Source: Bacillota bacterium
GTDB lineage: Bacteria > Bacillota > Clostridia > Christensenellales > SZUA-584
DNA: 64,000 bases
Reading direction: 5' to 3'
Assembly: GCA_023399095.1 (NCBI GenBank)
Contig: JAEWQS010000040.1
Location: 3,225 to 67,224, forward strand
Position numbers and translations under genes: made by a program. The notes beneath the pieces are model-generated. The model was not told where the DNA came from, did not search any database, and was given only the letters and a program-made list of their open reading frames with translations. The number at the start of each line of letters is the position of its first letter. Position 1 is the stretch's first letter. Positions 44,069 through 51,491 of the stretch are shown in pieces.

Positions 44069-44841
44069 ATAGCCACCCCTTGCTGAGCCGCAAACTGCTT
44101 ATAGTATGAAAGCACCTTGTCCACATAGCCTCGTACACGTTCAGATATCTGATTGTATTGGGCTGGATCATCCGGGTTGGTAATGTTCAATCTCCCGATA
44201 CGTCCCGGCCCCGTGTTGTATGCCGCAAGCGCAAGCCTTAAGTCGCCAAAACGCTTAAGCTGCTGGCTTATGTATGTACTGCCGCCCATCACATTCTGAT
44301 AGGCATCAAACGAATTATCTACACCAAGCGATCTCGCCGTACCCGGCATCAGCTGCATAAGGCCCTGCGCGCCCGCGCCGGATACCGCATCCGTCCGAAA
44401 CGAGGATTCCACCTGTATGATCGCTTTGATCAGCGCGGGGTCTAGCCCTGTCGCATTCGCGGCGCTGCTGACCGCCGCCTCAATCTCGCTCGTAGACGCG
44501 GATGTTTGAAGGTTCGAGTTGCTTCGGTAGGCCGCAAAAGCCGTATAATCTGATGCGCCATACGTTTCGGGCACACCGGTGGCCTGAGCACCTGCGTCGC
44601 TCAGCGCCATACGCTGCTCGACCTCATTCAATATGTCCTCAAAAGCGCGGGATGCACCGCCGCACTTGGCAGCTTTCTCCTGAAGTACGCTTTGAAACCG
44701 GCTAAGTTTTTCAATATATATATTCTCTACACGATTCATACAATTAATATATCGGTTGATTTGGCGTATACCTTTAGCGGGATATATTTCTTCCTGAGCA
44801 ACTAACTTTTGACCATTCGTAAATCTCATGGCCAATCGCAT
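44065..44841 (-). CDS. SLT-domain lytic transglycosylase encoded immediately upstream of flgB
   Basis: SLT catalytic region IQVESSFRTDAVSGAGAQGLMQLMPGTARSLGV...AYNTGPG. The start is uncertain. The track start at 44841 overlaps cheB by 68 nt. The ATG at 44739 (MNRVENIY...) is more likely but has no RBS. Confidence 0.75.
   Translation of the reverse strand: MRLAMRFTNGQKLVAQEEIYPAKGIRQINRYINCMNRVENIYIEKLSRFQSVLQEKAAKCGGASRAFEDILNEVEQRMALSDAGAQATGVPETYGASDYTAFAAYRSNSNLQTSASTSEIEAAVSSAANATGLDPALIKAIIQVESSFRTDAVSGAGAQGLMQLMPGTARSLGVDNSFDAYQNVMGGSTYISQQLKRFGDLRLALAAYNTGPGRIGRLNITNPDDPAQYNQISERVRGYVDKVLSYYKQFAAQQGVAI
44749..44776 (-). promoter_or_regulatory. Candidate sigma-28-type promoter inside the 3' end of cheB
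   Basis: Minus strand reads TAAA (44776-44773), 16-nt spacer, ACCGATAT (44756-44749). The ATG at 44739 begins 10 nt after the -10 element. Confidence 0.35.
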
Positions 44842-45838
44842 CGAGAGGCAGCTCTTTCTGTACAGCGCCTATCCGGTTTGCCACGGCAGGCATGCCGTAT
44901 ACCACGCTCGATTTCTGATCCTGCCCGATCGTGGAAGCGCCGCTTTGCCGCATGGCCAGCAAGCCTTTGGCCCCATCGCTGCCCATCCCCGTCATAATGA
45001 TGCCTAAACGATTAATACCCTTCAATTTGGCAACTGAATCAAACAAATAATCCACAGACGGGCAGTGGCCGCTTATCTTCTCGCCTTCCTTGCATTCCAC
45101 TGCAAAGCCTCCGCCGCGTTTCACAACACCCATGTGCAGGCCGCCCGGCGCAATCAGCACCGTGCCGGGATTCAAAACATCATTGTCTTTGGCCTCCCTG
45201 ACCTCCATGGCACAGATGTTGTTAAGACGCTCCGCATACAGTCTCGTAAACACAGGCGGCATATGCTGAACGATCACAATACCGGGAAGATCGCTGCCCA
45301 GTTCACGCAATATGCTGAGTGTGGCTTCGGTGCCTCCGGTTGACGCCCCGATGGCGATAATGCAATTTTTCGCCTCAGGCCCTTGTTTCTCCAAAGCTGC
45401 GTTCCTTGCCGGGCTGTGCTTGTGCTGCCCCACCTTGGCAATGGAAGCGATCTTTATTTTCACCGTCATCTCGGAAATAAACTGTTGCTTGTCCCGCTCG
45501 GTCTTTAGCTCGGGTTTTGTGATAAAATCCACAGCTCCCACGTCCAAGGCTTCAAAAACGTTGCTGCCGACTGCGCTGATCACCACGACCGGCAGCGGAT
45601 ATTGAGGCATCAGCTTTTTTAAAAAATCAATGCCGTTCATCTTGGGCATATTGATATCTAGTGTCATCACATCGGGCTTAAGCTCAATGATCTTGTCCCT
45701 TGCTTCATAAGGATCGGCCGCTTTGCCGACGATTTCGATACCAGGATCAGTCGAAAGCGCGGATGCAATATATTCCCTCATGAACAAGGAATCGTCCACA
45801 ACCAATACCTTCACTGCTCTTGTTGCCATTGCTGTCAC
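44774..45838 (-). CDS. cheB: Chemotaxis response regulator / protein-glutamate methylesterase CheB
   Basis: 354 aa: VKVLVVDDSLFMRE...DVMTLDINMPKMNG, then the esterase domain IIAIGASTGG, GMGSDG. Confidence 0.9.
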   Translation of the reverse strand: MTAMATRAVKVLVVDDSLFMREYIASALSTDPGIEIVGKAADPYEARDKIIELKPDVMTLDINMPKMNGIDFLKKLMPQYPLPVVVISAVGSNVFEALDVGAVDFITKPELKTERDKQQFISEMTVKIKIASIAKVGQHKHSPARNAALEKQGPEAKNCIIAIGASTGGTEATLSILRELGSDLPGIVIVQHMPPVFTRLYAERLNNICAMEVREAKDNDVLNPGTVLIAPGGLHMGVVKRGGGFAVECKEGEKISGHCPSVDYLFDSVAKLKGINRLGIIMTGMGSDGAKGLLAMRQSGASTIGQDQKSSVVYGMPAVANRIGAVQKELPLDAIGHEIYEWSKVSCSGRNISR

Positions 45839-46650
45839 CCTACCTTTTTATATACGGATGGCATTACATTCTTGAACTTGTAATCACCTCTATCGATTGT
45901 CTCAGATTGTCCGATAAAAAGATACCCCCCAATTTCGATAGAGTCGTAGAATTTTTGAATCAGTGTTTTTTTTGTCTGCTCGTTAAAGTAAATCATCACA
46001 TTACGACAGAAAATCACATGAAATTTTTTCCTAAAGGGAAACTGCTCCTCTATGAGGTTAAATCGCCTGAACAACACCTCTTTTTTAAGTGCATCGCTAA
46101 CTTGCCAGTTGCCGTCCTGTTGTTTGTTAAAATGAGTCATCTTCCAATTCGACGGCACATTTTTCAAACATTCGTCATCGTAAACGCCGAGCTTGGCGGC
46201 ATCCAGTGCTTTTATGGAAATATCCGTCGCAAGTATTTTTGAATCCCAGTTCGCTTTATCCTTGCCGAAATGATCTGAAATCAGCATAGCGAGCGTATAT
46301 GGCTCCTGTCCCGTTGAACACCCTGCGCTCCAGATACGCAGATCGTGGTCTTTCACGCTTGCCGTGAGCTCGCCGAGTAAGCGGTCCTTAAAAAACTGAA
46401 AGTGCTCCCATTCGCGCATGAAATATGAATAATTGGTTGTCAGACGGTTTAATATCTGATTAAGCTCCGTTCCCGTGGCATCGCTAAACACATATTCCAG
46501 AAAGGATGTGTAATCAGAATAACCCTTGCTTACCAGATAGTTGTTCAGCCTGCTTTCAATCAGCGTTCGTTTTTTAATCAGATTGATGCCGTAGTTCTTT
46601 TGCAGATACCCAACAAGCATATTAAAATCTTTGTCATTTATTGCTATCAT
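45835..46650 (-). CDS. cheR: Chemotaxis protein methyltransferase CheR
   Basis: Start at the ATG at 46650, after GGAG. Motifs LRIWSAGCSTGQEPYTLAM and IFCRNVMIYF. Confidence 0.9.
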   Translation of the reverse strand: MIAINDKDFNMLVGYLQKNYGINLIKKRTLIESRLNNYLVSKGYSDYTSFLEYVFSDATGTELNQILNRLTTNYSYFMREWEHFQFFKDRLLGELTASVKDHDLRIWSAGCSTGQEPYTLAMLISDHFGKDKANWDSKILATDISIKALDAAKLGVYDDECLKNVPSNWKMTHFNKQQDGNWQVSDALKKEVLFRRFNLIEEQFPFRKKFHVIFCRNVMIYFNEQTKKTLIQKFYDSIEIGGYLFIGQSETIDRGDYKFKNVMPSVYKKVG

Positions 46651-46664
46651 AAGTCTCCAAGATT

Positions 46665-46693
46665 GCGCAAAGGGGGGATAACCCCCCATGCGC
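46665..46693 (-). promoter_or_regulatory. Very stable stem-loop in the cheR 5' leader
   Basis: Minus strand reads GCGCA-u-GGGGGG-uuau-CCCCCC-uu-UGCGC, ending 7 nt upstream of the GGAG RBS. Confidence 0.4.
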
Positions 46694-46709
46694 TTAAGTT
46701 GAATATTTT

Positions 46710-46738
46710 TTTATAACTAATTAAACCTTTAATTGTAA
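46710..46738 (-). promoter_or_regulatory. Sigma-A-type promoter candidate for cheR-cheB
   Basis: Minus strand reads TTACAA (46738-46733), 17-nt spacer, TATAAA (46715-46710). It lies just downstream of the cheW terminator. Confidence 0.4.
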
Positions 46739-46752
46739 TCTCCAAATTAGAT

Positions 46753-46775
46753 AAAAATCCGGCATAATTTGCCGG
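46753..46775 (-). terminator. Rho-independent terminator after cheW
   Basis: Minus strand reads CCGGCA-aatta-TGCCGG followed by ATTTTTAT. A T-run on the plus side makes it bidirectional in form. Confidence 0.7.
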
Positions 46776-46792
46776 TTTTTATCGTGTTTATG

Positions 46793-47284
46793 CTATTCGA
46801 CATCCCCGATCTCCTGCACCTCTTGTTCGTCAAAAAGCTTTTTGCAGTCAAGCAGCAATGTCACTTCATCACCGATCTTTCCGATGCCCCGAATATATCG
46901 GTTTCGGATACCCGATTTATAGCTTGGCGGCGGCGAAATATCCTCATCCTCAATGGTGAGAACCTCAGCCACCTTGTCCACAATCAGTCCGACAATCATT
47001 TCCTGTGTATCCACAACAACGATACATGTCCGATCGTCATATTCGATGGACTCTTTGTTGAATTTAAGCCGCATGTCGATAACAGGGATGATCTTTCCGC
47101 GCAGATTGATGATTCCCTTGATGTATTCCGCCACTTCGGGTATCTTTGTGATCTGCTGCAAACCGATGATCTCTGTAACGTATTCAATCTCGATGCCATA
47201 AATCTCTTCGCCGAGATTAAATGTTAGAAATCTGCCGTGCTGCGTATCCTCTTCCTGTTCGAACAGTTCGTTTTCCAGGTTCAT
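46793..47284 (-). CDS. cheW: Chemotaxis coupling protein CheW
   Basis: 163 aa: FLTFNLGEEIYGIEIEYVTEI......I...P......GIINLRGKIIPVIDMR. Confidence 0.9.
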   Translation of the reverse strand: MNLENELFEQEEDTQHGRFLTFNLGEEIYGIEIEYVTEIIGLQQITKIPEVAEYIKGIINLRGKIIPVIDMRLKFNKESIEYDDRTCIVVVDTQEMIVGLIVDKVAEVLTIEDEDISPPPSYKSGIRNRYIRGIGKIGDEVTLLLDCKKLFDEQEVQEIGDVE

Positions 47285-47342
47285 CGTATTCTCCTCCTCT
47301 TATATATGTGAAGTCTGTCCATTTATTTTCTGTAAAGTGCAT

Positions 47343-47795
47343 CTATAAAAACAGATCCACCAACATCCCCCGTATATCGTCCACCATTTGCAGCAGGCGT
47401 ATATTGTCCCGCTGATCGGAGAGTATCTCCCTTGCCAGTTCTTCAAGCTTCTGATTGACGCTTCGAATTACTAAAAAAACCTTGTGCCGGCCTCTTGCGT
47501 CAAACACGTTCGATTTGATACAGGCAAAAGCGTTGCTGGCCGTTTCACCAAGCAGCTCCCCGATAAGCATCCTATATTCCTGAAGCGCCTTAATATCGGC
47601 TTTTTCCTTTATCTTTTCCCCCTGCTTATAGATCTTTTCCTGAAGATCAGCAAGGTAACGTTGATACTGAGTTTCATTGAGGGTGGTTAATTGACGAAAA
47701 AAAGCCGTATCACGGCCAGCGGCAGTCCGTCTGTCCGCCGCCACATAACGTTCTTTATTATCTGCCGAAATATGGTTGATGTCCGTTACTTTCAT
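47343..47795 (-). CDS. YaaR/DUF327-family protein
   Basis: 150 aa. The general pattern (ALQEYRMLIGELL...HKVFLVIRSVNQKLEELAREIL) recalls DUF327, a family often found in flagellar loci. Assignment from memory. Confidence 0.6.
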   Translation of the reverse strand: MKVTDINHISADNKERYVAADRRTAAGRDTAFFRQLTTLNETQYQRYLADLQEKIYKQGEKIKEKADIKALQEYRMLIGELLGETASNAFACIKSNVFDARGRHKVFLVIRSVNQKLEELAREILSDQRDNIRLLQMVDDIRGMLVDLFL

Positions 47796-47818
47796 TAATT
47801 GTCTCCACCCGGAAAAGC

Positions 47819-48238
47819 CTACTTCTGTTCATCAAAGTAAAACGCTTCATTCATTTTGTTGGCTTTTTGGTATTGCCCGATCCCTTTCTTTTGCTGGTTC
47901 AAGCTGCGTATCTGCACCCTGTATTGGTCAATCTTATTCTGTGCCAATGCAGTGTTTTGCTCATCGATTTTCAATATCTCTTGTATGATGTCGCGGGACT
48001 GCTGCTTGAGCAATTTCACCTGTTCATCTTCAATTTCGCTCATTTGCCTTTCTATTTTCGTAAATGCATCGATTTTTTTGATGATATCTTCTCGTTGCTG
48101 CAAGCCATCCACAAACGCATCGACATCATCTGCTTCCAGCAATTCTGCAAATTCCTTAGTTATATCGCGCATTTTCGTGAGCAATTCTTTTTTTTGTTCT
48201 AAAAGACCTAAAAGATTCTCACGATCCCGTGTACTCAT
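47819..48238 (-). CDS. FliT/FlgN-like helical flagellar chaperone candidate
   Basis: 139 aa, all-helical and charged. Occupies the fliT slot after fliS. No diagnostic motif, so the call rests on synteny. Confidence 0.45.
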   Translation of the reverse strand: MSTRDRENLLGLLEQKKELLTKMRDITKEFAELLEADDVDAFVDGLQQREDIIKKIDAFTKIERQMSEIEDEQVKLLKQQSRDIIQEILKIDEQNTALAQNKIDQYRVQIRSLNQQKKGIGQYQKANKMNEAFYFDEQK

Positions 48239-48642
48239 TCGCCTTCCTGTCCTGCGGCATATAAGCCGCCTTTGTTTTCATTATGCACCTGTTCCCAAGC
48301 ATCGCGCAAGCTGGTTAATATTCCCAAAAGCGGCTCAATGCCATCCGCCTGCTTCGATGCGTTAATACTGTTGATCTGATGATGAGCAAACTCGTAAATA
48401 TTGAGCAGATCCTGCGCGATACCGTAGCTTAAATCAAGACCCATCATAAGCTCCATCACAATGTCCTGCGCATTTTGAAGATGTTCATTTGCCGCCTCTG
48501 CATCCTTGTCGCCAATGGCGATTTCCGCCTGACGGAGCTTCTTTATCAAACCGTTATAAAGCATGATCACAAGCTCCATCGGATTCGCCATCATGACGTT
48601 ATGTTTTTTATATTGTTGATATGAATTCTTCATAGCGCTCAT
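48235..48642 (-). CDS. fliS: Flagellin-specific chaperone FliS
   Basis: 135 aa: ANPMELVIMLYNGLIKKLRQA...AQDIVMELMMGLD...GIAQDLLNIYEF. Confidence 0.9.
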   Translation of the reverse strand: MSAMKNSYQQYKKHNVMMANPMELVIMLYNGLIKKLRQAEIAIGDKDAEAANEHLQNAQDIVMELMMGLDLSYGIAQDLLNIYEFAHHQINSINASKQADGIEPLLGILTSLRDAWEQVHNENKGGLYAAGQEGE

Positions 48643-48673
48643 TTCTCTTTGCTCCTTAATATTTCCTTCTTAG

Positions 48674-50194
48674 TTATGAATTCATCGAGGAGAACATCGA
48701 TGAAAGCCAGCTCGACTGGCTGTTTAGCGAGGCCAGCGCCGATTCCATTCTGCTGAATCTTATATATAACGCTTCTTCCCTTACAGACATCTTGTCTTCA
48801 AGTATCTCCACGCGATCCTTGGAATCCGAAATCTGATCATCCAATGTCGAGAGCGATACATCTGTGGCTTTCTTTGTATAGTCCAACAGCGAATCTGATA
48901 TGCGAACCATCAGACCTGACTCTTTGAACTTGGTTGCATCATCCTCAGAACCGGATACTTGTGTAAACATTCTTGTGACCGCATCAGGATTGTTTTCCAA
49001 GGCCTTGCGAAGCTTGTCCTTGTTAAGCGTGATCTTTGCGCCGTCAGCGTACGCTCCAGTGGTCAGACCAATATCAGATAAGGACATGCCCGTTCCCTCA
49101 ACCTTTGTATAAAGCGCACTTCTGACTTTGGTCAGCAATACTGAAATACCCGAATCGTTGCGGAGCAAGCCGCTCATGGCTTGTTTCTCCCATTTTTCAA
49201 TATCAGAATCGGACATCGCTTCTTTCTGCGCATCTGTAAGCGGCGTATAAGACCGATACACATCTTCGCCGATTTTATCTTGAAGCTTGCCGATCAGCTC
49301 ATTATAAGAATCGACAAACGCGGAGATTTTATCGACGGTGGTGTCCACATTCTTATCCACCATAAAGGATATCGGCTGTGACTCAGGCGATTCATCTTTG
49401 AGCGTATATGTGATGCCGTCGATCGTAAACGTGTTGCTGGATCTGACCACATCATAGCCATTGATTTTTAGCTCCGCGTCCTGTCCGTTCTTGGTTTGTT
49501 CTGCTATGCCAAACGCACTGTCAGTCGCGGAGAAAGCGTTGCCCGATGTATTGACAATTTTTATTTCGCTTGCGCTTCCCGTGGTGTTGGCTGTCATCGT
49601 AAAGCCCTTTGATAAACTGCTGTAGCTGATTTTCACACCTGCGCCCGATGCGTTGATCTGGCTCATCATGTCGTTTAATAGCGTGTCCTCTGAGAAGGTA
49701 AAATCCTTGCCGTTAATCGAGAACTTGATCTCGCGGTTGACATCAAACGTCAGAGGCGTATTAAAGCTTAAGTCTTTAAGCGCTGTGTCTTTGCTGATAT
49801 CTGTCGAAAAGAGATTTGAACTCGTTAACTGGGCCGCTTCCGCAAGCTTCGTGATGCTGTTGATCGTCACTTTACCTGCAACCGCGGACGAGCCTGCGCT
49901 CACCGTCACCGCATTCGTTTCTGTCAGCATTGTAACGTCAAACGAACTGTATGCCGATGCAGACATCATGTTCGTATTCGGGCTGAGCACACTCAAATTC
50001 TTTTCACGGAACGACTTCATCAAAGAATTGATCTCTCGCAGCGCATCCGCTTTCCACTGCAGCTTGGTCGTCGCTCGATTCTGCTTGTCCAGACGCGACT
50101 GGTCCACCTGCAGCATGTTCTTGACAAGCGTATCGATATCAAGACCGGACGCCAATCCGGTGACGCGATTCGTTGTGACTGGATTTATAGCCAT
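48674..50194 (-). CDS. fliD: Flagellar filament cap protein FliD
   Basis: 506 aa: VTGLASGLDIDTLVKNMLQVDQSRLDK; C-terminus YIRFSRMESALASLNSQSSWL. Confidence 0.9.
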   Translation of the reverse strand: MAINPVTTNRVTGLASGLDIDTLVKNMLQVDQSRLDKQNRATTKLQWKADALREINSLMKSFREKNLSVLSPNTNMMSASAYSSFDVTMLTETNAVTVSAGSSAVAGKVTINSITKLAEAAQLTSSNLFSTDISKDTALKDLSFNTPLTFDVNREIKFSINGKDFTFSEDTLLNDMMSQINASGAGVKISYSSLSKGFTMTANTTGSASEIKIVNTSGNAFSATDSAFGIAEQTKNGQDAELKINGYDVVRSSNTFTIDGITYTLKDESPESQPISFMVDKNVDTTVDKISAFVDSYNELIGKLQDKIGEDVYRSYTPLTDAQKEAMSDSDIEKWEKQAMSGLLRNDSGISVLLTKVRSALYTKVEGTGMSLSDIGLTTGAYADGAKITLNKDKLRKALENNPDAVTRMFTQVSGSEDDATKFKESGLMVRISDSLLDYTKKATDVSLSTLDDQISDSKDRVEILEDKMSVREEALYIRFSRMESALASLNSQSSWLSSMFSSMNS

Positions 50195-50230
50195 GTTCTG
50201 GCACCTCCTGTTATCCGACTAAGAATTGAT

Positions 50231-51154
50231 TTATGCATGAGCAAAGTAAGAAACCTTTGGTAAACTCTTATTGTAAATCGACGTGATCGGCTTATAATTC
50301 GTGAGAATGCGCCCGGCTTGGGCGATCGTCACGCCGCGTTCTTGATTATACTGGCCATCCTTCGAGGGACACACAACCTGCACATGTCCATGTCCTGTCT
50401 TCTTAAAAGCCGTGACCACCGGCCTGCCCTGATTGGCAAGCGTCTGCGCCTGCTCCGGCGTCACTTCAAACCAACCGTAGTCACTGCCTTGCTCGTGCAG
50501 CCAGTTGTAAATGCTGTTTGCCGACATCTCTCTTGCGCCCTTGGTATCGGGATACGTTCTGGGCGCTCCCGTCTCGGCATCAACATAATGCGGTATCTCC
50601 GCGCCCATCGCACTGGTCACATCCCACAAGAAGATGTTGCAGTATGTATCGCCATGGCCTTTCTTGTTAACCGCGTAACGCGGGTTTGTCTCTACCGCAA
50701 ACTGATCAATCACCTGGCGGTAAAGCGCTGCCGACCGGTTACTTTCGTTGCTTGTAATCGCTGGTGTGCACGATTTGGACGCTGCAACAGGCGTCACCGC
50801 CGTTCCTGTATAATTTGACTGTACACCATATGCAGACGATGCGGCCCGGTATAGCGCTGTCGATGGGGTTGACCCTTTACTGTCCAAGGCGCTGCCAAGG
50901 CTCGACATGGCTATTCCGGAATTGCCGCTCAGCAATGACAGCAAAAGCAGACTGGTCATATTGCTGCCCAACCCGGAAAACGAACCTGCTGACTCGCTTG
51001 ACTGGGCGCTGCCGCCCAAGGTCTCAAGCATCTGAGCCGAAAGCATGCTTGAAAACAAGCTTGTGACGCTCTCCGCTTTGCTGCTGTTCTTGTTCAATAA
51101 ACGAAGCATCGCTGTTTGTGCGGTATCAATGCTGTTTACAGACATTTTCTTCAC
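50231..51154 (-). CDS. Hypothetical flagellar-locus protein: S/L/A-rich N-terminal half plus a C-terminal domain with a Cys/His (NlpC-P60/CHAP-like) signature
   Basis: 307 aa. The N-terminus SLFSSMLSAQMLETLGG is reminiscent of FlgJ rod-binding segments. The C-terminus has GHGDTYCNIFLWDV (candidate nucleophile Cys) and KKTGHGHVQVVCPS (candidate His). The hydrolase assignment is tentative. Confidence 0.4.
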   Translation of the reverse strand: MKKMSVNSIDTAQTAMLRLLNKNSSKAESVTSLFSSMLSAQMLETLGGSAQSSESAGSFSGLGSNMTSLLLLSLLSGNSGIAMSSLGSALDSKGSTPSTALYRAASSAYGVQSNYTGTAVTPVAASKSCTPAITSNESNRSAALYRQVIDQFAVETNPRYAVNKKGHGDTYCNIFLWDVTSAMGAEIPHYVDAETGAPRTYPDTKGAREMSANSIYNWLHEQGSDYGWFEVTPEQAQTLANQGRPVVTAFKKTGHGHVQVVCPSKDGQYNQERGVTIAQAGRILTNYKPITSIYNKSLPKVSYFAHA

Positions 51155-51179
51155 CTTTGCATATGTCTATATATCTATA

Positions 51180-51491
51180 TCAACCCAATTTATCCAATCC
51201 AAACCGCGAACCGTACTTTGCATCCATATTGTTTACAAATACAAGTATCTCCGCGACCACCTTATAGAGCTCTTCGGGAATCTCGTCTCCCACACTCATC
51301 TTTTGAAGAACTCCCGACAGCTTTTGATCCTGAACAACCTGAACGCTGTTTTCGCGGGCTTCTTCTACCATCCGCTGGGCAACATACCCCTTGCCCAATG
51401 CCACGATGAAAGGGGCGCTGTCTTCCTGTGCATTATATTTTAGCGCCGCGGCCTCGGTCAATTGCTGATCTTTGTCCTTATCCTGTGTCAT
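51180..51491 (-). CDS. Free-standing FlhB C-terminal-domain paralogue (EscU/YscU/FlhB-C family, YlqH-like)
   Basis: 103 aa: AAALKYNAQEDSAPFIVALGKGYVAQRMVEEARENSVQVVQDQKLSGVL......DEIPEELYKVVAEILVFV matches the post-NPTH half of FlhB (compare the FlhB C-terminus at 39347-39600). Confidence 0.8.
   Translation of the reverse strand: MTQDKDKDQQLTEAAALKYNAQEDSAPFIVALGKGYVAQRMVEEARENSVQVVQDQKLSGVLQKMSVGDEIPEELYKVVAEILVFVNNMDAKYGSRFGLDKLG

Noticed and set aside
46895-46919. TAAA...ACCGATAT sigma-28-like motif inside cheW
   Set aside because: The spacer is only 13 nt, the motif lies mid-gene, and no gene start follows it.
49369-49376. GCCGATAT on the minus strand inside fliD; the same octamer inside flhG (35390-35397) and fliW (27770-27777)
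   Set aside because: None has a TAAA-like -35 element at 14-16 nt. They are most simply chance occurrences within coding sequence.
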